64,000 bases of DNA from an uncultured Alphaproteobacteria bacterium (lineage in GTDB: Bacteria; Pseudomonadota; Alphaproteobacteria; HIMB59; GCA-002718135): contig CACHLW010000003.1 in assembly GCA_902580765.1 (NCBI GenBank), positions 8,168 through 72,167 on the forward strand, given 5' to 3'. The notes beneath the pieces are model-generated. The model did no database searches, had not been told where the DNA came from, and saw only the letters and a program-made list of their open reading frames with translations. Within the stretch, counting starts at the first letter, position 1, and every line of letters starts with the position of its first letter. This document shows, one piece after another, positions 27,874 to 37,672 of the stretch. A program made the position numbers and the translations under genes.

Positions 27874-29718
27874 ATGAAAACAGTTAGAATGTCATGTTCA
27901 CATGCATTAATTAAATATTTAACTATGCAAAAAATTTTAATTAATGGAAAAAAAGAACCATTATTTCCAGGCGCTTTCGGTATTTATGGTCATGGTAATG
28001 TTGCTTGTATTGGACAAGCTATGGAAGAATATCAAAATGAACTTCCTGGATACAGAGGGCATCATGAACAAAATATGGCACTAACAGGTATTGCATATGC
28101 TCGTGCCAAAAGAAGACAACAAATATTTGTTGCAACTTCATCTGTTGGACCTGGTTCTACAAATATGGTTACAGCTGCTGCAGTTGCTTTAAGTAATAGA
28201 CTTCCAATTTTACTTTTACCAGGTGATACATTTTCTAGTCGTTTTCCAGATCCTGTTTTACAACAAGTAGAACATTTTAATTCTCCCTCAGAAACTCAAA
28301 ATGATTCATTTAAATCTGTATCACGATATTTTGATCGAATTACTAGACCTGAACAAATTTTAACATCTTTGCCTCAAGCAATTAATGTAATGCTTGATCC
28401 TGCAGACTGTGGCCCAGCAGTAATTTCTATGTCTCAAGATGTTCAAGGAGAAGCATATGATTATCCTGAAATCTTTTTTGAAGAAAAAATTCATGAAATT
28501 AGAAGAATTCATCCTGATCCAAATCAAATACAAAAGGCAGCTGACAAATTAAAACAATCTAAACAACCAATTATTATTTCAGGCGGAGGTGTTTTATATT
28601 CAGAAGCAGAAGAGGAGATTTCCGCTTTTGCAAAAAAACATAATATTCCTGTAACAGCAACTGTAATGGGTATTGGTTGTATGAATAAAGATGATCCTTA
28701 TTATATAAGTGCAATTGGATGCTTAGGAGAAGGCTCATCTAATAACCTTGCTACTGATACAGATTTAGCACTAGCTGTGGGAACAAAGTTAGGAGACTTT
28801 ACAACTGGCTCTTGGACAAATTTTGAAAATGAAAATTTTCAACTTGTATCAATAAATACTTCACGATTTGACACAACAAAACATCGCGCAACTCCTGTTG
28901 TCAGTGATGCAAAAATTGGACTTCAAGAATTATCAAACGCATTAGGAGATTGGAAAGCACCAGATAATTGGTACCAGCGTTCAATTGAGGAAAGAAATAA
29001 ATGGGATGAATATGTCGCTAAAGAAAGTGGACCAACAAATCAAGAATTACCATCTTATGCTCATGCTGTAGGTGCAGTCTATAGAAACTCAGACCCATCA
29101 GATATTGTGGTAACCGCAGCTGGAGGATTAGTTGGTGAAGTGGTTCAAATATGGAAACCAAAAGAGCTAAACACTTTTGAAACTGAATGGGGATTTAGTT
29201 GCATGAGTTATGAAATATCAGGCGCACTTGGAATCAAAATGGCAAAACCCAAACAAGATGTAATTGTATTTGTAGGCGATGGTTCATACCTCTTACAAAA
29301 TAGCGATATCTACAGTTCAGTTTTATATGATAAAAAATTAATTATAGTTGTTTGTGATAATGGTGGTCACATGGTTATTAATAGATTGCAACTAGCAAAA
29401 GGTGGAAATGAATATCTTTGCAATCTCAATGCTGCAAGAGCGACAAATGTACAGTTTGTAGATTTTGAAGCTCACGCAAAAAGTATGGGGGCAAATGGTG
29501 AGACTGTTAAATCTATTGCAGAGTTAGAGGCTGCTTTTAAAAGAGCAAAAGAATCAGACAAAACATACGTAATTTCTATGAAAACTGATGGATATGAATG
29601 GCTAGAAGGAACTGCTTTTTGGGAAAGCCCAACACTTGAAGTGGATAATACCGAAGGTAAGAAATCAGCTCTTAACGAATTTTTAGAAGGAAAAAATAAA
29701 CAACGTAAGGGAGTATAA
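27874..29718 (+). CDS. iolD: Thiamine-diphosphate enzyme IolD (3D-(3,5/4)-trihydroxycyclohexane-1,2-dione hydrolase) family
   Basis: Closely parallels B. subtilis IolD along its length (GHGNV..IGQA, STSVGPG..N, DPVLQQVEHF, SRYFDRITRPEQ, ISMSQDVQGEAYD). Start set at ATG 27874, which has AAAGGA upstream; the track start at 27859 is a TTG. Confidence 0.8.
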   Translation: MKTVRMSCSHALIKYLTMQKILINGKKEPLFPGAFGIYGHGNVACIGQAMEEYQNELPGYRGHHEQNMALTGIAYARAKRRQQIFVATSSVGPGSTNMVTAAAVALSNRLPILLLPGDTFSSRFPDPVLQQVEHFNSPSETQNDSFKSVSRYFDRITRPEQILTSLPQAINVMLDPADCGPAVISMSQDVQGEAYDYPEIFFEEKIHEIRRIHPDPNQIQKAADKLKQSKQPIIISGGGVLYSEAEEEISAFAKKHNIPVTATVMGIGCMNKDDPYYISAIGCLGEGSSNNLATDTDLALAVGTKLGDFTTGSWTNFENENFQLVSINTSRFDTTKHRATPVVSDAKIGLQELSNALGDWKAPDNWYQRSIEERNKWDEYVAKESGPTNQELPSYAHAVGAVYRNSDPSDIVVTAAGGLVGEVVQIWKPKELNTFETEWGFSCMSYEISGALGIKMAKPKQDVIVFVGDGSYLLQNSDIYSSVLYDKKLIIVVCDNGGHMVINRLQLAKGGNEYLCNLNAARATNVQFVDFEAHAKSMGANGETVKSIAELEAAFKRAKESDKTYVISMKTDGYEWLEGTAFWESPTLEVDNTEGKKSALNEFLEGKNKQRKGV

Positions 29719-29752
29719 AAATAAATTTTTTTTTCTAAAATTTAAAAATTGT

Positions 29753-30781
29753 ATGATTCAAAACAAGCCTGTAATTTTATTAGATCCATATCCTAGAACA
29801 ATGGACCTACTTTTTTCTAAAGAAAATTTAAAATACTTAAAAAATAATTTTAAACTTATTACTGCCCCGAATAAAAATAAAAATAATTTTTATGAAAAAA
29901 ATTTACCAAAGGCAGATTATATATTTGGGCAACCAAATTTACCTTTATCTTTAATTTCTAAATCCGCAAAACTTAAAGCAATATTTAATGTAGAGAGCAA
30001 TTTTATGGACAATATGGATTACGATTATTGTTTTAGAAAAGGAATACATGTTTTAGCAACATCGCCTGTGTTTGCTCAACCTGTTGCTGAAATGGCAATG
30101 GGCCTTACTTTATCGATAGCCAGAAGTATCCATATTGCTCACTCAGACTTTATTTCAAAAAAAGAAAAATATGGTGGTGCAATAAGTCAGAATAATTTTT
30201 TAATAAAAAATAAAACATTTGGTTTAATTGGATTTGGTGATTTAGCTAAATCACTTACTCCTATACTCAAAGCATTCTCTAATAACATCATTGCCTATGA
30301 TCCTTGGATTCCCAATAAAGAAATTGAAAAATTTGATGTTAATCCTACTAGTTTAAATTCTTTACTCAAAAATTCTGATATCATTTATGTATTAGCTTCC
30401 ATTACTTCCTCTAATGAATCTATGATTAATTCTTCTAAACTTAAATTAATAAAAGATGGATCAGTGTTTGTCTTAATGAGTAGAGCAGCTATAATAAATT
30501 TTGATGATTTTTTTAATTTTTTAAAAAATAGAAATGTGTTTGCTGCCATTGATGTTTTTCCACAAGAACCATTTCCTAAAAATCATAAATTAAGAAAACT
30601 TAAAAATGTAATTTTTTCTCCGCATAGGGCTGGCGCATTAGACAGTGCATTTAAAGAGATGGGAGAATTAGTAATTCAAGATTTAAAACTTATTTCAAAA
30701 GGCCTGCCGCCTAAATTATGTAAAAAAGCTGAAAGAGAAACTGTTAAATATTTACGTTCAAAACCAGTTGATATTAATTAA
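29753..30781 (+). CDS. D-2-hydroxyacid dehydrogenase family protein
   Basis: 342 aa. GLIGFGDLAKSL NAD motif and SPHRAG catalytic His region. Confidence 0.7.
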   Translation: MIQNKPVILLDPYPRTMDLLFSKENLKYLKNNFKLITAPNKNKNNFYEKNLPKADYIFGQPNLPLSLISKSAKLKAIFNVESNFMDNMDYDYCFRKGIHVLATSPVFAQPVAEMAMGLTLSIARSIHIAHSDFISKKEKYGGAISQNNFLIKNKTFGLIGFGDLAKSLTPILKAFSNNIIAYDPWIPNKEIEKFDVNPTSLNSLLKNSDIIYVLASITSSNESMINSSKLKLIKDGSVFVLMSRAAIINFDDFFNFLKNRNVFAAIDVFPQEPFPKNHKLRKLKNVIFSPHRAGALDSAFKEMGELVIQDLKLISKGLPPKLCKKAERETVKYLRSKPVDIN

Positions 30782-30801
30782 AATTTATTTAAAAACACAC
30801 T

Positions 30802-31548
30802 ATGTCAGATAACTTAGTACTGGAAGCTAAATCAGTTTCAAAATTTTTTGGTACTATTACTGCTCTTCAAAATGTAGATCTTCATTTAAATAAAGGCGAG
30901 GTTCTTGGTGTTGTCGGCGATAACGGCGCTGGGAAATCTACATTAATGAAAGTTTTATCAGGGTTATATAAGCCAAGTGAAGGGTCTCTTTTTTTTGATA
31001 AAGAAAAAGTAACTTTAAATAGTCCGAGAGACTCACAAAATTTGGGCTTAGAAATGGTATATCAAGATTTAGCGCTAGCTGGGAATCTTCCTATCGGTGA
31101 TAATATTTTTCTAGGAAGAGAACCAACAAGAAAAGTTGGCCCTTTCAATTTTTTAGATCATAAAAAAAGAAAACAGTTAACCGAAGAGCATCTTGCAAAA
31201 CTTAAAATAAACGTAAAGAGTGCTGATCAAAAGGTTGAAGAATTATCAGGTGGACAAAGACAAGCAGTTGCAATTGCTAGAGCTACAGCTTTTAATGCAA
31301 AAATTGTATTGATGGATGAACCAACAGCAGCACTTGCTGTTAAGGAAGTTGGGAAAGTTTTAGATTTAATTTTAAATCTTAAAAAATTGGGTGTTAGTGT
31401 AATAGTAATTAGCCATCGAATGGATGATATTTTTACTGTTTGTGATCGCGTAATGGCACTTTTTCAAGGGACAAACTTCGCTGAATCAGAATTAAAAAAC
31501 ACTTCAAGAGACGAAGTGATTGGATGGATCATGGGGAAAAAAGATTAA
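30802..31548 (+). CDS. CUT2-type sugar ABC ATPase, single NBD (FrcA-like)
   Basis: 248 aa. Walker A GDNGAGKST, signature LSGGQRQ and Walker B LMDEPTA. Confidence 0.85.
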   Translation: MSDNLVLEAKSVSKFFGTITALQNVDLHLNKGEVLGVVGDNGAGKSTLMKVLSGLYKPSEGSLFFDKEKVTLNSPRDSQNLGLEMVYQDLALAGNLPIGDNIFLGREPTRKVGPFNFLDHKKRKQLTEEHLAKLKINVKSADQKVEELSGGQRQAVAIARATAFNAKIVLMDEPTAALAVKEVGKVLDLILNLKKLGVSVIVISHRMDDIFTVCDRVMALFQGTNFAESELKNTSRDEVIGWIMGKKD

Positions 31549-32555
31549 TGGATAAGAATCAAGAATCTTTATTTGTCAGACTTATTCCTTTTTTTGAAAG
31601 ATATGGAATCTTATTACTTATCCTAATAATGATTGCTGTTTTGCATTTGTTGCAACCTGATGTTTTTTTATCATGGAGAAATGTAACAAATATTTTTAAA
31701 CAAGTGTCTTGGCAGTCTATGTTAGCACTTGGTGTTTTTATGGTAATTGTAACTGCAGGTATAGATTTATCAGTTGGTTCAATTATTATGTTATCATTAA
31801 TGGGGCTTGCTATTGCTTCAAAAGCAGGAATGCCTTGGTACGTGGTTATGTTAGTTGCACCGGCAATTGGATTTTTGTGCGGTATGTTTAATGGTATTGG
31901 AATTACCTTACTTCGAATGCCTCATCCATTCATCATGACATTGGGAACGCTGTATATATTTAGAGGAATTGGAAACCTTATTTCTGGAGGTGTGCCCATA
32001 ACAGGTTTTGCTGAACAGATAAGAGTTATTGGAAATGGTAAAATTAAACTGGATGTTTTTTTTGGAGAAGGGGCGCGAGAGTATATTCCTACAAGTTTAA
32101 TTTTAATGATTGTTATATTCTTTATCTTTTGGGTTTTTTTAAATCATACACGAATAGGTAAATGGATTTATGCGATTGGTGGTAACCCTGGCGCAGCAAG
32201 AGCAGCAGGTATAAATGTAGATCGTATTTTAATCGTAGTTTACACCCTTTGTGGTTTCTTGGCTGGTATTGGAGGTTTAATTTTAGCTGGAAGAACAAAC
32301 TCTGCTTATCCAAATGCTGGTTTACAATCTGAGCTAGATGCGATTGCAGCAGTCATTATAGGGGGAGCAAGCTTCTTCGGGGGCAGAGGAACGGTTTTAG
32401 GTGTGTTTGCTGGAGTCATGATTATGGGTATACTCCGAAATGGTCTAAATCTAATGAATGTTAGTGTTTTCTGGCAACAGGTTCTTATTGGGTCAATTAT
32501 TATTTTGGCCGTTTATATTGATGTTCTAAGAAGACAACTTGCGACCAGAACATAA
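31548..32555 (+). CDS. CUT2-type sugar ABC permease (RbsC/FrcC-like)
   Basis: About 335 aa from the ATG in the TAATG overlap. Around 10 TM. Contains the AIGGNPGAARAAGINV block. Confidence 0.85.
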   Translation: MDKNQESLFVRLIPFFERYGILLLILIMIAVLHLLQPDVFLSWRNVTNIFKQVSWQSMLALGVFMVIVTAGIDLSVGSIIMLSLMGLAIASKAGMPWYVVMLVAPAIGFLCGMFNGIGITLLRMPHPFIMTLGTLYIFRGIGNLISGGVPITGFAEQIRVIGNGKIKLDVFFGEGAREYIPTSLILMIVIFFIFWVFLNHTRIGKWIYAIGGNPGAARAAGINVDRILIVVYTLCGFLAGIGGLILAGRTNSAYPNAGLQSELDAIAAVIIGGASFFGGRGTVLGVFAGVMIMGILRNGLNLMNVSVFWQQVLIGSIIILAVYIDVLRRQLATRT

Positions 32556-32643
32556 TATTAAAAAATAATCGCTTTCTGACAAACAGTCACTTGATTAGAT
32601 TTTCATTTTTGATTAATGGTTAAAAAAAAATTTAGGAGGAAAA

Positions 32644-33561
32644 ATGAAATTTTTTATTTCTATAATTACTACTTCTGTATTGTTTTTTTCAGGTAGTCTT
32701 TTAGCAGGCTCACACGCAAAAACAATAATGCTAAGTACTAAAGGACCAGGTGCTGGAAATCCATTTTGGGCTTCAGTTGAAGCTGGTGCTAAAGATGCTG
32801 CTGAAGAGTTTGGTGTAAACCTAATCATACTTTCACCACCGCAAGAAAGTGATGTTATGGCTCAGGTAGCACAAATTGAAGACCAAATTGCAAAAGGTGT
32901 AGACGGTATTGCGATTGCACCAACTGACCCTAACGCAGTTGCACCAATTCTTGATGATGCAATGGCTTCAGGTGTTCCAGTTGTATACATTGATACTAAC
33001 GGAATTAATGAAGGTGTAACTTTCATTGGTACAAACAATATCAATGGTGCTGCTTTAGCTGCTCAATACATTTGTGATAATGTTCCAAGTGGTTCTGATG
33101 TTGCAATTCTTCAAGGAATGATCACGCAAACTACAGGTCAGCACAGAGCTGAAGGATCTAGCAAAGGTCTTAAAGCATGTGGTATGAACGTTGTTGCTGA
33201 ACTTCCAGCTAACTGGGATACTGCACAAGGTATGTCAGTAACGGAAGATATCATCACTGGTAACCCAAATCTAAAAGCAATCTTTGCTTCTAACGATAAT
33301 ATGGGTCTAGGTGCTATCCAAGCATTAAAAAATGCTGATATGCTAGATGATGTTGTCGTTGTTGGATTTGATGCTAACCCTGATGCTGCTGCAAGTGTAA
33401 TGGCTGGTGAAATGTCAGCAACTATTGCTCAATTCTCATACAACATGGGATATATGGGTGTAGAAAATGCACTTAAGTTAGCTAATGGTGAGAGCATTCC
33501 AGATAACATTGATACTGGAACTGTATTAGTTACTAAAGAAAACGCTTCAGACTTTATGTAA
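32644..33561 (+). CDS. Periplasmic sugar-binding protein (RbsB/PBP1 type)
   Basis: 305 aa with a Sec signal. Blocks NPFWASVEAGAKDAA and FASNDNMGLGAIQAL. Strong SD AGGAGGA. Confidence 0.85.
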   Translation: MKFFISIITTSVLFFSGSLLAGSHAKTIMLSTKGPGAGNPFWASVEAGAKDAAEEFGVNLIILSPPQESDVMAQVAQIEDQIAKGVDGIAIAPTDPNAVAPILDDAMASGVPVVYIDTNGINEGVTFIGTNNINGAALAAQYICDNVPSGSDVAILQGMITQTTGQHRAEGSSKGLKACGMNVVAELPANWDTAQGMSVTEDIITGNPNLKAIFASNDNMGLGAIQALKNADMLDDVVVVGFDANPDAAASVMAGEMSATIAQFSYNMGYMGVENALKLANGESIPDNIDTGTVLVTKENASDFM

Positions 33562-33581
33562 GTCAAAGCTAAATTATTTTT

Positions 33582-33614
33582 AAAGGGCCGTAATTTTTTA
33601 CGGCCTTTTTTTTT
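33582..33614 (+). terminator. Rho-independent terminator
   Basis: ggccgtaa-tttt-ttacggcc stem extended by A/T pairs, followed by a run of 9 T. Confidence 0.75.
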
Positions 33615-33653
33615 ACTATTCCATTTTTTACAATTGATTTATAGAAACAAGTT

Positions 33654-34805
33654 ATGAAAAATATTGGTCTAATTGGTTGTGGTAATATTGCAGAGACCTA
33701 TTTCCGGGCTCAGGAATATTTTAATAATATAAATTTTGTTGCTTGTGCTGATATTAATTTAGATGCCGCAAAAAAAACAGCTGATCAATATAATATTATT
33801 CCTTTATCAGTTGATGAGATTCTTAATGATAAGAATGTAGATATTATTCTTAATCTCACAATTCCCCAAGCTCATTATGATATATCTAAAAGAGCCCTTG
33901 AGTCTAATAAACATGTTTATTGTGAAAAACCAATGAGTGTTAAGTTTGATGAAGCAAAAGAATTATTAAATTTAGCAAAAAAAAATAGTCTCTACATTGG
34001 GAATGCACCCGATACTTTTTTAGGAGGAGGAGGACAGCTTACTAGAAATTTAATTGATAATAATGATATTGGACAAGTTCTTACCGGGAATTTTATTTTT
34101 GCTTTTCCAGGTGTTCAAGATTTTCATCCAAGTCCTGAGTCTTGGTTTCAAGAAGGAGGAGGACCTGTAATAGATATGGGTCCATATTTTTTCACCACAC
34201 TTGTTAATCTTCTAGGTCCCGTAAAAAATATACGAGGAAGAGGAGCTAAATTTTCTGATAAAAGAGAATACAAAGCTGGTCCAAAAAAAGGAGAAACTTT
34301 TAATGTTGAAATTCCAACTTCTTATATGTTTAATATTGAGTTTCAAAATAAAGCTATCATTCAAGGTTTTATTTCATTTGATGTTTTAAATCATAAACGT
34401 AATCATATGGAGCTTTATGGAACGAAAGGTTCAATAGTAGTTCCTGATCCAAATATGTTTGGTGGTCCAGTTTCCATATCTGGTGAGTTTGGATCTGAAT
34501 GGAGAGATATTAGCGTCGAAGATAAACCCCTTGGAAAAACAAATATTGTTAACCATAGTGGAAGAAGTAATGAGGCGCCTGAACAAGCAAACTACAGGGG
34601 TATTGGGTTAGCTGAAATGATTGACGCTATCGAAAATAATAGAATGCATAGGTGTAATGGAGAACTTGCTCTTCACATTTTAGATGTAATCGAGTGTGCT
34701 ATGATTTCTTCAATTTATAAAGTGGAAGTAGAGCTCCGTTCTTCGTGTGTAAAGCCTGAACCCATGCATGACGATTTCATAAGGCAAATCCTAAAAAAAA
34801 TATAA
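33654..34805 (+). CDS. Gfo/Idh/MocA family oxidoreductase
   Basis: 383 aa. IGLIGCGNIAETY Rossmann motif, EKP motif and GGGPVIDMGPYFFTTLVNLLGP. Clear paralog of 61287-62429. Confidence 0.75.
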   Translation: MKNIGLIGCGNIAETYFRAQEYFNNINFVACADINLDAAKKTADQYNIIPLSVDEILNDKNVDIILNLTIPQAHYDISKRALESNKHVYCEKPMSVKFDEAKELLNLAKKNSLYIGNAPDTFLGGGGQLTRNLIDNNDIGQVLTGNFIFAFPGVQDFHPSPESWFQEGGGPVIDMGPYFFTTLVNLLGPVKNIRGRGAKFSDKREYKAGPKKGETFNVEIPTSYMFNIEFQNKAIIQGFISFDVLNHKRNHMELYGTKGSIVVPDPNMFGGPVSISGEFGSEWRDISVEDKPLGKTNIVNHSGRSNEAPEQANYRGIGLAEMIDAIENNRMHRCNGELALHILDVIECAMISSIYKVEVELRSSCVKPEPMHDDFIRQILKKI

Positions 34806-34916
34806 AATTTGCTTAGCTATTGATTAGTGCGATAATTTTACAGACTAATTCCTGATATTTCTCCTTGTTTTACATACCCATTCTTGCTAGGAAAATATTA
34901 TTTATAGGAGGAATGC

Positions 34917-35882
34917 ATGAAAAAAATTGCTTCAATTATTCTTGCCTCTGTAGCGCTTTTTGCTACTTCAGCGAAGGCAGAATACAAATTTAACTTCGTA
35001 ATGCACAGTGATACGAACAATGCTTTCTGGGCAGCTGTTCACAAAGGTTTTAAAGATGCTTGTGCACAAATTAATGCTGATTGCCAAATGTTAACTCTTT
35101 CAGGTGATGGAGACCAACAAGAGCAATTACAAAACTTAGAGTCTTCAATAGCTCAAGGTGTTGATGGTATCGTAACTACAATTACTAACCCAACTATCTT
35201 TGATGCTGCAGTTGATGAAGCATTAGCTGCTGGTATTCCAGTAATTACAGCTAATACTGATGATCCAGAAGGTGCTGCTGGTAGTAACAGACTAGCATAT
35301 GTTGGACAAGACTTAGAAGCAGCTGGTTATGAATTAACAGCTAATCTTTCTGAAATGTTTCCTGATGGAGATATTCACGTTCTAATCGGTGTTGCAGACA
35401 TGAACCAATCATGGGCATACACTAGAGGAAACGGTATTGCACGTTTCATGGAAGATTACAAAGCAGCTAACCCTGATAGAAAAGTAACTTATGAGAAAAT
35501 CGAGTCAGGTCTAGATCTTTCAACTGTTGGAAACAGAGTGGCAGCTTATGTTCAAGCTAACCCAAATACAACTGCATATCTTGATGTAGGTTTCTGGGAA
35601 GCTGGTGCAGCTGCAGCAGTAAGAAACTTAGGTTACGGACCTGGTGAAATACTTCTTGCTGGTTTTGACTTAGTTGACGTAGTTTTCGAAGAAATGGACA
35701 AAGGTTATGTTCAACTAACAGTTGACCAACAACCATACTACCAAGGTTACATGTCAGTTCACCAATTATACTTAATGAACAAGTATGGTTTAAGTGCACT
35801 AGATATCAACACTGGTAAAGCTATGATTGGTCCTGATGATGTTGAAACAATCAGATCATTCAAAGGAATGTCAGTTAGATAA
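34917..35882 (+). CDS. Periplasmic sugar-binding protein (PBP1 type)
   Basis: 321 aa. Sec signal ends ATSAKA-EYK. Strong SD AGGAGGA. GC-richer codon usage. Confidence 0.85.
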   Translation: MKKIASIILASVALFATSAKAEYKFNFVMHSDTNNAFWAAVHKGFKDACAQINADCQMLTLSGDGDQQEQLQNLESSIAQGVDGIVTTITNPTIFDAAVDEALAAGIPVITANTDDPEGAAGSNRLAYVGQDLEAAGYELTANLSEMFPDGDIHVLIGVADMNQSWAYTRGNGIARFMEDYKAANPDRKVTYEKIESGLDLSTVGNRVAAYVQANPNTTAYLDVGFWEAGAAAAVRNLGYGPGEILLAGFDLVDVVFEEMDKGYVQLTVDQQPYYQGYMSVHQLYLMNKYGLSALDINTGKAMIGPDDVETIRSFKGMSVR

Positions 35883-35890
35883 ATATCTTA

Positions 35891-35924
35891 ACCAGGCTCT
35901 TTAAATAGAGCCTGGTTTTTTTTT
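35891..35924 (+). terminator. Hairpin plus T-tract between SBP and permease genes
   Basis: accaggctct-ttaaat-agagcctggt forms a perfect 10-bp stem, followed by 9 T. Confidence 0.7.
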
Positions 35925-35937
35925 AAAATAAAAAAAT

Positions 35938-36918
35938 ATGAGTAAAAATTTTAGTCTTAGAAGTTTATTAGTAAGACCAGAAGTAGCAACCTTCTTAATG
36001 TTCCTAGCAATAATGATTGGATTTTATATTGCTAATGAAAGATTTTTAGATGCAAGAAATATAAGAATAGTTATGGGTATTACACCCGAATATATTATTG
36101 TTGCTATTGGCATCGCAATATTAATGATCTCAGGTGAATTTGATTTATCTGTAGGCTCTGTTTTTGCATTAGTCCCAATGACTATTGTACAAATGGTGCA
36201 TCAAGGGATACCACCTTGGTTCGCTATTTTTCTAGGATTAATGATTGGTATTATTGTTGGTTTTGTTAATGGATTTATTACCTTAAGATTTGGAATCCCT
36301 TCTTTCATCGCAACTCTTGGAATGCTCTATATTGCTAGAAGTCTTACAACTGTAGCTACTGCAGGATTTCCACCACCATTTCCTCATATTTTACCAAATG
36401 AGTTATTCGTTTATCAATTTGAGTTATTTAGAGCTTCCTTGTACTGGGCTCTTTTAGTTGCCGTGGTTTTAGGTGTTATGCTTCACAGAAGTAATGTTGG
36501 TAACTGGATCTATGCAACTGGCGGAGATCAAAACGCAGCATCTTCAATGGGAATAAAGACTGGAAACGTTAAAATGTTTTGTTTCATCTTATGCGGTTTC
36601 TTAGCTGGCTTTGCTGGAATGATTCAAACATTTAGATTGGAAGCACCATTACCATCTCAAGGATACTTATTAGAACTAGAGTCAATTGCTGCAGCAGTTA
36701 TTGGCGGTGTCAGTTTATTTGGAGGTATCGGAACAGTTTTTGGTGCCGTTATTGGCGCAATACTAATTAGGTTTTTAGAAAGTGGAATCATTATGGCTAG
36801 AATAGATGCGGAATGGTTTAGAGCAGGTTTAGGTTCTTTAATTATCATAGCCGTAGTGTTTAATACTTATATAAGTAGAAGAGCGACACGAATTGGTCAA
36901 AACAAGGCAAAGGATTAA
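35938..36918 (+). CDS. CUT2-type sugar ABC permease
   Basis: 326 aa, multi-TM. Contains the ATGGDQNAASSMGIKT block. Confidence 0.85.
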   Translation: MSKNFSLRSLLVRPEVATFLMFLAIMIGFYIANERFLDARNIRIVMGITPEYIIVAIGIAILMISGEFDLSVGSVFALVPMTIVQMVHQGIPPWFAIFLGLMIGIIVGFVNGFITLRFGIPSFIATLGMLYIARSLTTVATAGFPPPFPHILPNELFVYQFELFRASLYWALLVAVVLGVMLHRSNVGNWIYATGGDQNAASSMGIKTGNVKMFCFILCGFLAGFAGMIQTFRLEAPLPSQGYLLELESIAAAVIGGVSLFGGIGTVFGAVIGAILIRFLESGIIMARIDAEWFRAGLGSLIIIAVVFNTYISRRATRIGQNKAKD

Positions 36919-36920
36919 AG

Positions 36921-37658
36921 ATGGAAGATATAATAGTTTGTGAGGGTCTAAACAAATACTATTCAGGAGTTCATGCTTTAAAAGATTTAAGCTTAAAGAT
37001 AAAAAAAGACTCTGTTGTTGGTCTTATTGGAGACAATGGTGCTGGTAAATCAACATTAATTAAAATCTTATCTGGCGCACATCAACCTGATTCAGGTCAT
37101 ATATATTTTGAAGGTAATAAGGTTAAATTTAAATCTACAAAAGAAGCAATGAATTTAGGTATTGAAACAATTTATCAGTATTCGGCTTTGATCCCTGAAA
37201 TGTCTATTGCAAGAAATATTTTTATTGGACGTGAACAAACTCAATATAATGTTGGCAATTTTGGTTTAATGAAAACTAAAACCATGCAGGACGATGCGAT
37301 GAAAGCATTAACAGATGTTGAACTGCATCTTCGATCTCCAGATACACCAGTTAACCAATTGTCTGGAGGAGAAAGACAAGGTGTTGTGATTGCAAGAGCA
37401 ATGTATTTTAAATCAAAAGTTTTAATATTAGACGAACCAACAAACCACTTATCAGTAAAAGAAACAAATAAAGTACTAAGGTTTGTAGAAGGATTAAAAA
37501 GCCAAGGCGTGACATCAATATTTATTACTCACAACTTGAGTCATGTATATCCAATTGCTGATCATTTATGTGTAATGGCAAGAGGTGAAAAAATTGCTGA
37601 TTTGGATAAAAAAGACACAACAATAGATCATCTAACTGATTTATTAGTGAATGGATAA
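36921..37658 (+). CDS. CUT2-type sugar ABC ATPase, single NBD
   Basis: 245 aa. Walker A GDNGAGKST, signature LSGGERQ and Walker B ILDEPTN. Confidence 0.85.
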   Translation: MEDIIVCEGLNKYYSGVHALKDLSLKIKKDSVVGLIGDNGAGKSTLIKILSGAHQPDSGHIYFEGNKVKFKSTKEAMNLGIETIYQYSALIPEMSIARNIFIGREQTQYNVGNFGLMKTKTMQDDAMKALTDVELHLRSPDTPVNQLSGGERQGVVIARAMYFKSKVLILDEPTNHLSVKETNKVLRFVEGLKSQGVTSIFITHNLSHVYPIADHLCVMARGEKIADLDKKDTTIDHLTDLLVNG

Positions 37659-37672
37659 TTTTGGGAGGAATT

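Noticed and set aside
27874-29718. Alternative identity of the ThDP enzyme as sulfoacetaldehyde acetyltransferase (Xsc) or acetolactate synthase, which would have fitted a sulfur theme
   Set aside because: The sequence blocks follow IolD closely along the whole length (for example DPVLQQVEHF, SRYFDRITRPEQ and QDVQGEAYD), not the Xsc or IlvB patterns I recall.
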